Assembly (NCBI GenBank): GCA_964458395.1 | Contig: CAYWIP010000002.1 | Location: 7,876 to 71,875 of the forward strand | Source of the DNA: an uncultured Ruminococcus sp. | GTDB lineage: Bacteria; Bacillota; Clostridia; Oscillospirales; Ruminococcaceae | Direction of reading: 5' to 3' | Length of the DNA stretch: 64,000 nt | Shown: one piece after another, positions 8,198 to 17,366 of the stretch | How positions within the stretch are numbered: the stretch's first letter is position 1 | How the letters are laid out: every line of letters begins with the position of its first letter | Notes under the pieces: model-generated | Database searches by the model: none | What the model was told of the DNA's origin: nothing | What the model saw: only the letters and a program-made list of their open reading frames with translations | Program-made: the position numbers and the translations under genes

Positions 8198-9592
8198 ATG
8201 AAAGACTTGACAAATGGCAGACCTGTAAAGCTTATAGTGCTTTTTGCGCTGCCGATATTTTTAGGGAATATTTTCCAGCAGATGTATAGCCTTGCCGATA
8301 TAATAATTATAGGGCAGAATTTAGGCAATAACTCGATCGCGGCGGTCGGTGCGACTACGCCCGTGGTGTCGCTTATGTTCAATATCATAAACGGCTCTAT
8401 AACCGGCTTTGCGATAATCGTCGCCAAGAATTTCGGGGCGGGCGATCATGACGAAATGCGCCGAACTATCGCGAGAATGACGGTGTTCGCGGGGAGCATT
8501 ACGGCGGTGATAATCGTTGCCGCAACGGTGTTTGTCGAGCCGCTGCTGCATGCTCTGGATGTTTCGGAGGAAATATTCGCCGAGGCGAGGAGCTATTTGT
8601 TTATAGTGGCTTGCGGACTTGTGGTGACCCTGCTGTACAATTTCGAGGCGGGAATTTTACGTGCGGTCGGCGACAGCGTGATTCCGCTCGTTATCCTTAT
8701 TTTATCGACATTCCTGAATATCGGACTTGATTTGCTTATGGTGATCGGCTTTAAAATGGGCGTAGTGGGCGCGGCTCTGGCGACCGTAACGGCGCAGGCT
8801 ATTTCGGCTGCCGTTTGTCTTGTTTATTTAATTAAGCGCCGTCCGTTTCTGCTTGTCGGGAAAAAGGACTTCGTATTCACGGCGCGCAGTACCGCGGAGC
8901 TGCTCAGCGCGGGCTTCGGAATGGCGCTTATGTACTCGATTGTCGACATAGGCTCGATAGTTCTCCAGAACGGCATAAACGGCTTCCGCGAGGATATGAT
9001 AACCGCCCACACCGCCGCGCGGAAGATATTCAGCCTGCTGATGATGCCGTATTCCTCGATAAGCGCGACGCTTGTGACCTACTGCTCTCAGAACCTCGGC
9101 GCGCGGAAATACTCGCGGATACGCAAGGGTATCAAGGACTGTATGCTGATAATGCTCGCGTGGACGACGCTTGCGATAGCGCTGGTGTTCCTCGGCGGAC
9201 ACGCGCTCGTCGGAATGATAGTCACCGACACGGACACGCCGACGGGCGCGGCGATAGCCGATACAGCCGTGCTGTACCTCAAATGGGCGGTGGTGTTCTT
9301 CTATTTTCTCGCGGTGCTGCTGGGGCTTAGGAGCGCGCTGCAGGGGCTGGGTAAGAGCCTTGTGCCGATAATATGCAGCGTTATTGAGCTTACGTGGAAG
9401 ATAGTCACGGTCGTGTTTATGATACCGCTTTTCGGCGGCAAAAACGGAACTGTCGGCGGAACGGTGGAGCAGATAGGCGGCTATTTCGGCGTGGTAATTT
9501 CCGAGCCGATAATCTGGACGGTCTGCGCGGTGATGATAGCGATAATTACTGCGGTAACGCTTTACCGTATGCCCAAAGAGGATATGCCGTAA
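8198..9592 (+). CDS. MATE family efflux transporter
   Basis: MKDLTNG..FALPIFLGNIFQQMYSLAD, LRAVGDS, SQNLGA; about 12 TMs. Confidence 0.93.
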   Translation: MKDLTNGRPVKLIVLFALPIFLGNIFQQMYSLADIIIIGQNLGNNSIAAVGATTPVVSLMFNIINGSITGFAIIVAKNFGAGDHDEMRRTIARMTVFAGSITAVIIVAATVFVEPLLHALDVSEEIFAEARSYLFIVACGLVVTLLYNFEAGILRAVGDSVIPLVILILSTFLNIGLDLLMVIGFKMGVVGAALATVTAQAISAAVCLVYLIKRRPFLLVGKKDFVFTARSTAELLSAGFGMALMYSIVDIGSIVLQNGINGFREDMITAHTAARKIFSLLMMPYSSISATLVTYCSQNLGARKYSRIRKGIKDCMLIMLAWTTLAIALVFLGGHALVGMIVTDTDTPTGAAIADTAVLYLKWAVVFFYFLAVLLGLRSALQGLGKSLVPIICSVIELTWKIVTVVFMIPLFGGKNGTVGGTVEQIGGYFGVVISEPIIWTVCAVMIAIITAVTLYRMPKEDMP

Positions 9593-9600
9593 AAAACATA

Positions 9601-9629
9601 TTGACATAATAGGAATAATAGTGTATAAT
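9601..9629 (+). promoter_or_regulatory. Consensus SigA promoter of the moxR operon
   Basis: TTGACA-17-TATAAT. Confidence 0.8.
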
Positions 9630-9714
9630 TAAAATCAGCGGACAGCCGCATATGCTATTTACGAATTTTGGGCGGAGCGTTTTCCGCCCTTTGTTTTGAT
9701 TTAAGGAGAACGAT

Positions 9715-10641
9715 ATGATCAAAGAATTGACCGAAAAGCTGACGGATAACATATCCAAAGCCGTCCGCGGCAAGGACAAACAGATAAAGCTCGTGTGCGC
9801 GGCGCTGTTCGCGGGAGGACACGTTCTGCTCGAGGACGTTCCCGGAACGGGGAAAACGCTGCTTGCGCGGTCGCTGGCGAAGTCCGTCGACGGCTGTTTC
9901 AGACGCATACAGTTCACGCCCGACCTGCTGCCGTCCGATATCACGGGAATAAATTTTTATAACATAAAGGAGCAGGAATTCGTGCTGCGGCGCGGACCGG
10001 TGTTCACGAATATCCTGCTTGCGGATGAAGTCAACCGCGCCACTCCGAGAACGCAGTCCGCGCTGCTCGAATGTATGGAGGAGCGCCAGACCACTATTGA
10101 CGGCGAAACTATGAAGCTCGAAACGCCGTTTTTCGTTATCGCGACGCAGAACCCGACCGAGATACAGGGAACATACCCGCTGCCCGAGGCGCAGCTCGAC
10201 CGTTTTATGATACGGCTTGCGCTCGGTTATCCCGACAGGGAAGAGGAGATAAAGGTAATAGGCGGCGCGGCTTCATTCGGCGCGGAGTCGGAGCTTTCGG
10301 CGGTATGCACGGGCGCGGATATTCTCGCGGCGCAGAACGCGGTCAACGGCTGCAAGGCGAACGAGGCGGTCTGCGGCTATATCGCCGATATCGCGGCGGC
10401 AACGCGCAGGCACGCGGGCGTAAAGCTCGGGCTGTCAACGCGCGGCGCGGCGGCGCTGAAGCGTATAAGCTGCGCGCTCGCGATGACGGACGGGCGCGAT
10501 TACGCGATGCCGCAGGACGTTCAAGCGGCTGCGCCCTACGTTATCCCTCACCGACTTATTTACAAGGGATATTCTCAGGACGGAACGGACGTTCTCAGGC
10601 AGATACTGGAGAGCGTTCCAGTGCCTACGGAGAGCACATAA
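9715..10641 (+). CDS. MoxR family AAA+ ATPase
   Basis: LLEDVPGTGKT, RIQFTPDLLPSD, LLADEVNR, TYPLPEAQLDRF. Confidence 0.95.
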   Translation: MIKELTEKLTDNISKAVRGKDKQIKLVCAALFAGGHVLLEDVPGTGKTLLARSLAKSVDGCFRRIQFTPDLLPSDITGINFYNIKEQEFVLRRGPVFTNILLADEVNRATPRTQSALLECMEERQTTIDGETMKLETPFFVIATQNPTEIQGTYPLPEAQLDRFMIRLALGYPDREEEIKVIGGAASFGAESELSAVCTGADILAAQNAVNGCKANEAVCGYIADIAAATRRHAGVKLGLSTRGAAALKRISCALAMTDGRDYAMPQDVQAAAPYVIPHRLIYKGYSQDGTDVLRQILESVPVPTEST

Positions 10642-10727
10642 AGCGGAGATTTTTCCAATCCCCCCTTTCGTTGACATTCAATAAAAGAGCCAATAAGTCT
10701 TTCGTCAACAAACAGGGGAGCAGTCAA

Positions 10728-10827
10728 AGCGGAGCGCAAGCAGCGGTGACGACGGAACGAACGAAGTGAGCGTAGGAGTTGCCGCTAGTCTAGGGCGCGC
10801 AAAGCGCGCCCGGTGCGCGTAGCGCAT
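10728..10827 (+). repeat. Structured intergenic element, copy A (GAACGAAGTGA family)
   Basis: Stem agcggtgac/gttgccgct (10742-10786) enclosing GAACGAAGTGA; hairpins gggcgcgc-AAA-gcgcgccc and tgcgc-GTA-gcgca. Confidence 0.7.
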
Positions 10828-10844
10828 CTAAATAGAGGTTAATA

Positions 10845-11975
10845 ATGGAGCTTATTGCAATGGCGCTTATACTGGCGGCGCTTGTTGTGGGTCAGTATAT
10901 AATTTACGATAAGATCGGTCTGAAAAAGGTCGGCTACAAGCTGTCGATAAGCACTCCCGAAGCGTTTGAAAACGACGTTATCGAGATAGTCGAGGAGATT
11001 GAGAACGCGAAATGGCTGCCGCTCGTGTGGGTGCGCAGCGAGATAAGCTGTTCACCGTGGCTGACGTTCAAGGGACAGACGCTGTTCATGAACGAGCATG
11101 ACGAGCAGCGCGGTCTTATTTCGGGGATTTTCGTGCTTCGCGGCTACCGCAAGTGCCGTCGCGTGTGGAAGGTCAGGTGCGAAAAGCGGGGGATAATGAC
11201 GATAGACAATGTTATTATCACCGCGAGCGATCTGTTCGGCTTGTCGAAAAACGCGATGATATTGAAGCTCACCGACAGCGTCCGCGTGCTGCCCGCCCCT
11301 GCGGAAATGGAAACGGGAGATCTTTCGGGCGATATGTTTATCGGAAATGTTCAGGTGCGCAGATTCGTGCTGCCCGACCCGTTTATGATAAGCGGCGCGA
11401 GGGAGTATACGGGTCGCGAGTCTATGAACCGCATACACTGGCAGCAGACCGCGCGGACGGGCAGCTTGATGGCGTACAAGAACGAATTCACCACCGAGCG
11501 GCGCATTATGATAGTGCTGAATATGCAGCGGAGCGTCAGCGCATACGAGCAGCCGATGACGCTGCCCGTTCTGGAATCGCAGATAAAGGCGGCGGCGTTC
11601 GCGCTGGACTATTGCGGCAGGATCAACGCGGAGTGCGCCCTCGCCGTGAACGCGGCGGAGCGGCTGTACATTCCGCCCGCCGAGGGCTACGCGCATTTTA
11701 TGAACTCGCTGCGTAAGCTTGCGGAGCTTGAAAACATCTGCGGCGAGCGGCTCGATGATATGCTGACGGCGCTCGACTACAACGAGTTCACCGACATAAT
11801 ACTGATAACCGCCTGCGTTACCGAGCGGACTTGCGAAATTCTGTCGGGGCTGTCGGGCAGAGGAAAGTGCTGCAAGGTGTTCACGGTCGGGCTTAACGAG
11901 GACGAGAATATGCTTCCGCCTGCCTGCGGAGTGATGAAAATACCGCGCGTCAATATTCGGGAGGTGAAGCAATGA
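10845..11975 (+). CDS. DUF58 family protein (MoxR partner)
   Basis: SDLFG, GAREY..RIHWQQTAR, vWA-like C-terminus; follows moxR. Confidence 0.88.
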   Translation: MELIAMALILAALVVGQYIIYDKIGLKKVGYKLSISTPEAFENDVIEIVEEIENAKWLPLVWVRSEISCSPWLTFKGQTLFMNEHDEQRGLISGIFVLRGYRKCRRVWKVRCEKRGIMTIDNVIITASDLFGLSKNAMILKLTDSVRVLPAPAEMETGDLSGDMFIGNVQVRRFVLPDPFMISGAREYTGRESMNRIHWQQTARTGSLMAYKNEFTTERRIMIVLNMQRSVSAYEQPMTLPVLESQIKAAAFALDYCGRINAECALAVNAAERLYIPPAEGYAHFMNSLRKLAELENICGERLDDMLTALDYNEFTDIILITACVTERTCEILSGLSGRGKCCKVFTVGLNEDENMLPPACGVMKIPRVNIREVKQ

Positions 11976-13294
11976 CCGAACCGAAAATTTTAAAATTCTC
12001 CGCCGTTTTCGGGCAGTTTCTGGCGCTGTTTCCGTTTGCCGTGCTGCTTTGCGGAGTCGGGGAACATAGCTTCGAGCCGTGGCTGTATCTTGCGGCTTAC
12101 GCGGTCTGGGCGGCGTTTTACGCTATGGGGCGGCTTTCAGGAAAACTCGCGCACGAACTGGAATTGAGCGGCAGACCCTCAAAAAAAGCGCAGCCCGTTG
12201 TGCTGTTTCTGTCGCGAATCGCAGTTATAATTCCGGTCGGGATATTCATTGTTGTTGTGCTGGCGGCTAAGCTTACGTCTATGACGTTTTTCTACGTTCT
12301 GCCCGCGGGAATTATCGCGTATTTCGGCGCTCACGGCTGCACGGGAAAGGGCTACTCGGACGTGTTTTCCCGAGGTTGGTTCGCGTTGTATTTTATTGCG
12401 GCGGTCATAGCGGCGATAATGCTTTGGGCAACTCACGAAGAGGAGCTTGCCGCAGTCGGGATATTCCAGCTTTGCGCCGGTTTCGCGCTGATAACTCTGC
12501 TGTCGGCGCTGCTCGCGAATCAGACCAATATCGACGTTTGCACAAAGCAGCGCGCGGGCGGAAAATCGGTGCTTCCGGGCGGACTTCGCCGCTACAATGC
12601 CGTGCTTATCACGGTGATCTGCTCGGCGACTATCGGCTTGTTCTTGTTTGCGAGACCGCTTGCGGAATTGGTTAAGCTGTTGATATCGCTTGTCGGGCGC
12701 GGCGTTCTGTTCATTTTTGAATCGCTGAGCAGCTGTGTCCGCACCGTTCCCGGCGACGGCGTATCCGATCCCGCCTCGGGGAATATCGTTCAGATAGTTC
12801 CCTCGGAGCCCGCGAGCATTCTCGCGAATATTTTTTTCGTGCTGTTGATGTTCGGACTTGTTCTGTTGGTAATTCGGCTGAGAAAGCAGATCTGGAGCGC
12901 GATAAAATACATTTTCGAGCCGCTTTTCCGCAAGAACAGAGAACCCTCGGATATTCCGTTTTACGATGAATTTCTGGTAAGCGACGCGAAAAAGCTCTCT
13001 CCGAGAGTACGCCGCCGCGCGGAACGTGAGCTTATCAAGCAATATAGGCGGGAAACCGATCCGTCGCGGAAGTATCGCTTAGGCTACGCTCTGTTCCTGA
13101 TACGGCTTGGAAAAACTAACCGCCCGCCGATGCCCGTTGATACTACGACTATTCACCGTGAAAAGGGCGAGGGCGCGTTCGAGACCGATCTCGGCGAGCT
13201 TTCGGGAGTATACAACCGCGTACGTTACGGAGAAGCCGCGCCGACTGCCGAGGAGCTTGCGCGTCAGGAGCAGCTTCTCGCCGAGTTAAAGTGA
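11972..13294 (+). CDS. Multi-TM membrane protein, DUF4129-like C-terminus (third gene of the MoxR operon)
   Basis: Many TMs; C-terminal LSGVYNRVRYG; ATGA coupling. Confidence 0.75.
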   Translation: MTEPKILKFSAVFGQFLALFPFAVLLCGVGEHSFEPWLYLAAYAVWAAFYAMGRLSGKLAHELELSGRPSKKAQPVVLFLSRIAVIIPVGIFIVVVLAAKLTSMTFFYVLPAGIIAYFGAHGCTGKGYSDVFSRGWFALYFIAAVIAAIMLWATHEEELAAVGIFQLCAGFALITLLSALLANQTNIDVCTKQRAGGKSVLPGGLRRYNAVLITVICSATIGLFLFARPLAELVKLLISLVGRGVLFIFESLSSCVRTVPGDGVSDPASGNIVQIVPSEPASILANIFFVLLMFGLVLLVIRLRKQIWSAIKYIFEPLFRKNREPSDIPFYDEFLVSDAKKLSPRVRRRAERELIKQYRRETDPSRKYRLGYALFLIRLGKTNRPPMPVDTTTIHREKGEGAFETDLGELSGVYNRVRYGEAAPTAEELARQEQLLAELK

Positions 13295-13302
13295 GGTACA
13301 TT

Positions 13303-13704
13303 ATGGAGATAAGATATACGGATAAACGCGAATTCACCGAAAAGCAGGCGGAGGAGCTGTTTTTGTCGGTCAACTGGGCAAGCGGAAAGCACCCTGAGCG
13401 GCTTTACAAGGCGCTGAAAAATTGTGAAACGGTGTTCACGGCATGGGACGGGGAACATCTCGTCGGGCTGGCTAACGCTATCGACGACGGCGGAATGACG
13501 GCGTACATTCACTATCTGCTCGTTCACCCGGAATATCAGGGCGCGGGTATCGGCAGGGAATTAACGGAGATGATGAAGCGCCGCTACGAGGATTTTCTGT
13601 ACCTGTTCCTCGTCGCGGAGAACCCTCCGCTCGTCGGGTATTACGAAGGTCTGGGTTTTACAAAGCAGAGTGAAGCGAGCGTTATGTCAATAAACAAGAA
13701 ATAA
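13303..13704 (+). CDS. GNAT family N-acetyltransferase
   Basis: LLVHPEYQGAGIG, YYEGLGF. Confidence 0.92.
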   Translation: MEIRYTDKREFTEKQAEELFLSVNWASGKHPERLYKALKNCETVFTAWDGEHLVGLANAIDDGGMTAYIHYLLVHPEYQGAGIGRELTEMMKRRYEDFLYLFLVAENPPLVGYYEGLGFTKQSEASVMSINKK

Positions 13705-13721
13705 TTCGCAGAGGTGTAACT

Positions 13722-14324
13722 TTGGATAAAGTAATTATATATATTCACGGAAAAGGCGGCAGCTATCTTGAAGCGGAGCAGTATAGGAAAAATTGCACGG
13801 GCTTTGATATTATCGGAGTCGACTTCAACGATTATCTCCCGTGGAGCGTACAGGAACAGATCAGATCGGTCTATGATAAAGCGCGTGAAAGCTGCGGTCG
13901 TATTTATGTGCTTGCAAACAGCATTGGAGCTTACTTTGCAATGCACACGCTGCAAAATTGCGATATTGAGCGGGCGTTATTCATATCGCCGATACTCGAT
14001 ATGGAGCGGCTTATTCTTGATATGATGAGTTGGGCGGACGTTTCTGAAAAAGAACTATCCGAGAAAAAAGAGATACACACCGATTTCGGAGAAACATTGT
14101 CGTGGGAATATCTGTGTTATGTCAGAGAAAATCCAATTTCGTGGAATGTTCCCACAAAAATACTCTATGCGGGAAACGATAATCTCACGTCGCGTCAAAC
14201 GGTTGACAGATTTGTTAAGGAACACAATTCGGAGCTTACCGTAATGGAAAACGGGGAGCATTGGTTTCACACGGATGAACAGCTTGCTTTTCTGGATAAC
14301 TGGATGGAAAAAGCAGTGCGTTAA
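13722..14324 (+). CDS. Alpha/beta hydrolase
   Basis: YIHGKGG, nucleophile elbow ANSIG, ILYAGND, GEHWFH. Confidence 0.88.
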   Translation: MDKVIIYIHGKGGSYLEAEQYRKNCTGFDIIGVDFNDYLPWSVQEQIRSVYDKARESCGRIYVLANSIGAYFAMHTLQNCDIERALFISPILDMERLILDMMSWADVSEKELSEKKEIHTDFGETLSWEYLCYVRENPISWNVPTKILYAGNDNLTSRQTVDRFVKEHNSELTVMENGEHWFHTDEQLAFLDNWMEKAVR

Positions 14325-14365
14325 ATCCGTGAGATCTGCGGAAACAGAATTCGGAGGTGTAATAT

Positions 14366-14752
14366 ATGAGCCTTATGGGATCAAGCTGCATTTTTCCCGT
14401 TCCCGATATAAAGAAAACCGCGGAGTATTACGCGTCGAAGTTGGGATTCAGAACTGTCGAATATCTTGATTGCGGCGAGCCGCACATCTGCCTTTATAAG
14501 GACGGGGTTGAAGTTATTCTGCTTCGGGCAAATACGGACAAGGTCACTCCTAACCGCGAATTGTACGGCTACGGCTACGACGCTTATCTGTTCACAAACG
14601 ATCAGGAGCGGCTTGAATCGGAATTCGCCGCAAAGGGAATTAAGATCGTCAGACCGCTGAATATCACCGACTATCAAAATAAAGAGCTGGTCATTGAGGA
14701 TATCGACGGGCGTTGGCTTGCTTTCGGACTGAAAACAGCGGTGCGAAGATGA
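14366..14752 (+). CDS. VOC/glyoxalase family protein
   Basis: VPDIKKTAEYY..LGF, IEDIDGRWLAF; GGAGG RBS. Confidence 0.88.
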   Translation: MSLMGSSCIFPVPDIKKTAEYYASKLGFRTVEYLDCGEPHICLYKDGVEVILLRANTDKVTPNRELYGYGYDAYLFTNDQERLESEFAAKGIKIVRPLNITDYQNKELVIEDIDGRWLAFGLKTAVRR

Positions 14753-14840
14753 GCGACATATTGGAATTCGCAAATGGCTAAACGATAACTGTCTGTTAAG
14801 CGAGGGCGTGTGGCTTTTATTCGGGAAATCGGGCGGAATT
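14749..14840 (+). pseudogene. 5' remnant of a YdeI/OmpD-associated family gene
   Basis: MSDILEFAN, then in a shifted frame KWLNDNCLLSEGVWLLFGKSGG, then truncated before metH. Confidence 0.6.
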
Positions 14841-14871
14841 GCCAAAATTATACAGAACGGAGCAAGGAAAG

Positions 14872-17268
14872 ATGACATTTAAGGAATTATTGGAAAACAA
14901 GGAATTCGTGCTGCTTGACGGAGCTATGGGCACAATGCTCCAAGCGAGTGGCTTAAAGCTCGGTGGAATCCCCGAGGAGCTGAATTTCACAAACCCCGAA
15001 TTGATCGGGGAAATTCACAGAAAGTACATCAACGCGGGCGCTATGGCGGTGTACGCGAATACGTTCGGCGCGAACCGTCACAAGCTGCACGGCAGCAAGT
15101 ATTCCGTTACCGAAACGGTTCAAAGGGGTATTGATATCGCGAGAAAGGCTTGTGCCGGAACGGACGCGCTTGTTGCCTTGGACGTTGGTTCGCTCGGCGT
15201 TATGCTGCGCCCTACGGGTGATCTTCCCGCGGACGAGGCTTATGATATGTTTAAGGAGATAATGCTCGCCGGCAAGGACGCGGATTTTATCGTCCTCGAA
15301 ACGATGACCGATCTTATGGAGATAAAGACCGCGCTTCTCGCCGCTAAGGAAAATACCGATCTGCCCGTTGTATGCACTATGACGTTCGAGAAGAATCTGC
15401 GCACTTTCACGGGTTGCACGGTCGCGTCAATGGCGCTGACCCTCGGCGGAATGGGCGCGGACGTTATCGGAATGAACTGCTCACTCGGACCGGACGAGGC
15501 TATGCCTATCGTTGACGAACTGCTGAAATGGAGCGAGGTGCCCGTGCTTATTCGCCCGAACGCGGGACTTCCCGACCCGAAAACCAACGAGTATAACATC
15601 ACGCCGTCCAAGTACGCGGATATTATGGCGAAGATCGCCGACAAGGGCGTTAAGCTGCTCGGCGGCTGCTGCGGAACTAACCCCGATTTTATTTCCGAGG
15701 TCGCTAAGCGTCTTGACGGGAGAAAATTCTCGCGTGAAACGCCCGGGATACCCTCGGCGGTCTGCTCGGCTAACAATGTAGTTACAGTTGATACTGTGCG
15801 CGTTATCGGCGAGCGTATCAACCCGACAGGGAAGAAGCTGTTCAAGGAGGCGCTTAAGCGGCGCGATCTCGACTACATTATGAAGCAGGCTATTGAGCAG
15901 ACGGACGGCGGCGCGGAAATTCTCGACGTCAACGTCGGGCTGCCCGATATTGATGAGCGCGAGATGATGCTGGCGGCTGTCGACGCGGTGCAGTCCGTGA
16001 CAGACGCGCCGTTACAGATTGATACTACCGAAACGGATGTTCTCGAAGCGGCTCTGCGGAATGTTTCGGGAAAGCCTATCGTCAACTCGGTGAACGGCGA
16101 GGATGAAAAGCTGGAAACCGTTCTGCCGCTTGTCAAGAAATACGGAGCGGCGGTGATAGGTCTGGCGCTCGACAAGGACGGTATTCCCAAGACCGCCGAA
16201 AAGCGCTTCGAGATCGCGGAGAAGATACTGAAACGCGCTCTGGAATACGGGATCCCCAAGCGCGACGTGTATATCGACTGCCTGACACTCACCGCTTCGG
16301 CGGAGCAGGACAACGTTATGGAAACGGTCAAGGCAATGCGTATGGTGCGTGAGCGGCTGGGCTTGAAGAACGTGCTCGGCGTGTCCAACATTTCGTTCGG
16401 GCTGCCGAACCGCGAACTTGTGAACACGACGTTCCTTACAATGGCGATGAACAGCGGACTTGATCTTCCGATAATGAACCCGAATTCTGCGGCGATGATA
16501 GGCGCGGTGAGAGCGTTTCGGCTGCTTTCGGGCTATGACAGAAACGGCGCGGATTTTATCGAAAATTACGCGAACGCAAAGGTCGTTACTCAAACGGTAG
16601 GCGCGGCGGCAAGCTCTTCGGGAACTGTTTCCGCGAACGGCGAAGCGGATATACTTCACGCGGTTGCGAACGGCTTGAAAGCCGAGTGCGCCGCCGCCGC
16701 CGAAAAGCTCCTCGCGGACGGTATGGAGCCTATGGAGCTTATCAACGAGAAGCTTATTCCTGCGCTGGACGAGGCGGGCGATAAGTTTGAAAAGGGCAAA
16801 ATTTTCCTGCCACAGCTTATTCAGTCGGCGGGAGCGGCTCAGGCGGCGTTCGACGTGGTGAAGAAAGCGATCTCCGCGCGCGGCGGCGAGAGCGAGAGCC
16901 GCGGACGGGTAGTTCTGGCGACGGTAAAGGGCGACGTTCACGATATCGGAAAGAATATCGTCAAAACGCTGCTGGAGAACTACGGCTTCGAGGTGATCGA
17001 TCTCGGCAAGGACGTGGAGTATCAGGCGGTCGTGGACGCGGCGATAAAGTACGACGTTCGTCTGGTGGGCTTGTCCGCGCTTATGACGACCACTCTCAAA
17101 AGCATGGAGGGCACTATAAAGCTGCTGCATGATAATAATATCAACTGCAAAATAGTGGTAGGCGGCGCGGTGCTTACGCCCGAGTACGCGGAGAAGATCG
17201 GCGCGGATTTCTACGCCAAGGACGCAAAGGAAACCGTCGATATCGCAAAGCGGGTTTACGGCGGCTGA
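14872..17268 (+). CDS. metH: Cobalamin-dependent methionine synthase (Hcy-binding, pterin-binding, cap and B12-binding domains; no reactivation domain)
   Basis: LLDGAMGT, GMNC, GGCCGT, IGERINPTG, DVHDIGKN, GLSALMTTT. Confidence 0.92.
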   Translation: MTFKELLENKEFVLLDGAMGTMLQASGLKLGGIPEELNFTNPELIGEIHRKYINAGAMAVYANTFGANRHKLHGSKYSVTETVQRGIDIARKACAGTDALVALDVGSLGVMLRPTGDLPADEAYDMFKEIMLAGKDADFIVLETMTDLMEIKTALLAAKENTDLPVVCTMTFEKNLRTFTGCTVASMALTLGGMGADVIGMNCSLGPDEAMPIVDELLKWSEVPVLIRPNAGLPDPKTNEYNITPSKYADIMAKIADKGVKLLGGCCGTNPDFISEVAKRLDGRKFSRETPGIPSAVCSANNVVTVDTVRVIGERINPTGKKLFKEALKRRDLDYIMKQAIEQTDGGAEILDVNVGLPDIDEREMMLAAVDAVQSVTDAPLQIDTTETDVLEAALRNVSGKPIVNSVNGEDEKLETVLPLVKKYGAAVIGLALDKDGIPKTAEKRFEIAEKILKRALEYGIPKRDVYIDCLTLTASAEQDNVMETVKAMRMVRERLGLKNVLGVSNISFGLPNRELVNTTFLTMAMNSGLDLPIMNPNSAAMIGAVRAFRLLSGYDRNGADFIENYANAKVVTQTVGAAASSSGTVSANGEADILHAVANGLKAECAAAAEKLLADGMEPMELINEKLIPALDEAGDKFEKGKIFLPQLIQSAGAAQAAFDVVKKAISARGGESESRGRVVLATVKGDVHDIGKNIVKTLLENYGFEVIDLGKDVEYQAVVDAAIKYDVRLVGLSALMTTTLKSMEGTIKLLHDNNINCKIVVGGAVLTPEYAEKIGADFYAKDAKETVDIAKRVYGG

Positions 17269-17303
17269 CGTTTTGTGAAATTTTTCCGCGAGTAATTTTT
17301 GGA

Positions 17304-17365
17304 GAATATCAAATCCGATTTCCGACAATAATACTTGTACCAAGTAAAAGTCGGAGGTCGGATTT
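17304..17365 (+). promoter_or_regulatory. SigF/SigG-type promoter and RBS-sequestering hairpin of sigG
   Basis: GAATA-15-GACAATAATA; stem aaatccgatttccgac (17311-17326) pairs with gtcGGAGGtcggattt (17350-17365); inner stem tacttg/caagta. Confidence 0.7.
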
Positions 17366-17366
17366 T

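Noticed and set aside
17272-17292. Rex-like half site ttgtgaa after metH
   Set aside because: The second half-site does not match and the context is not redox related
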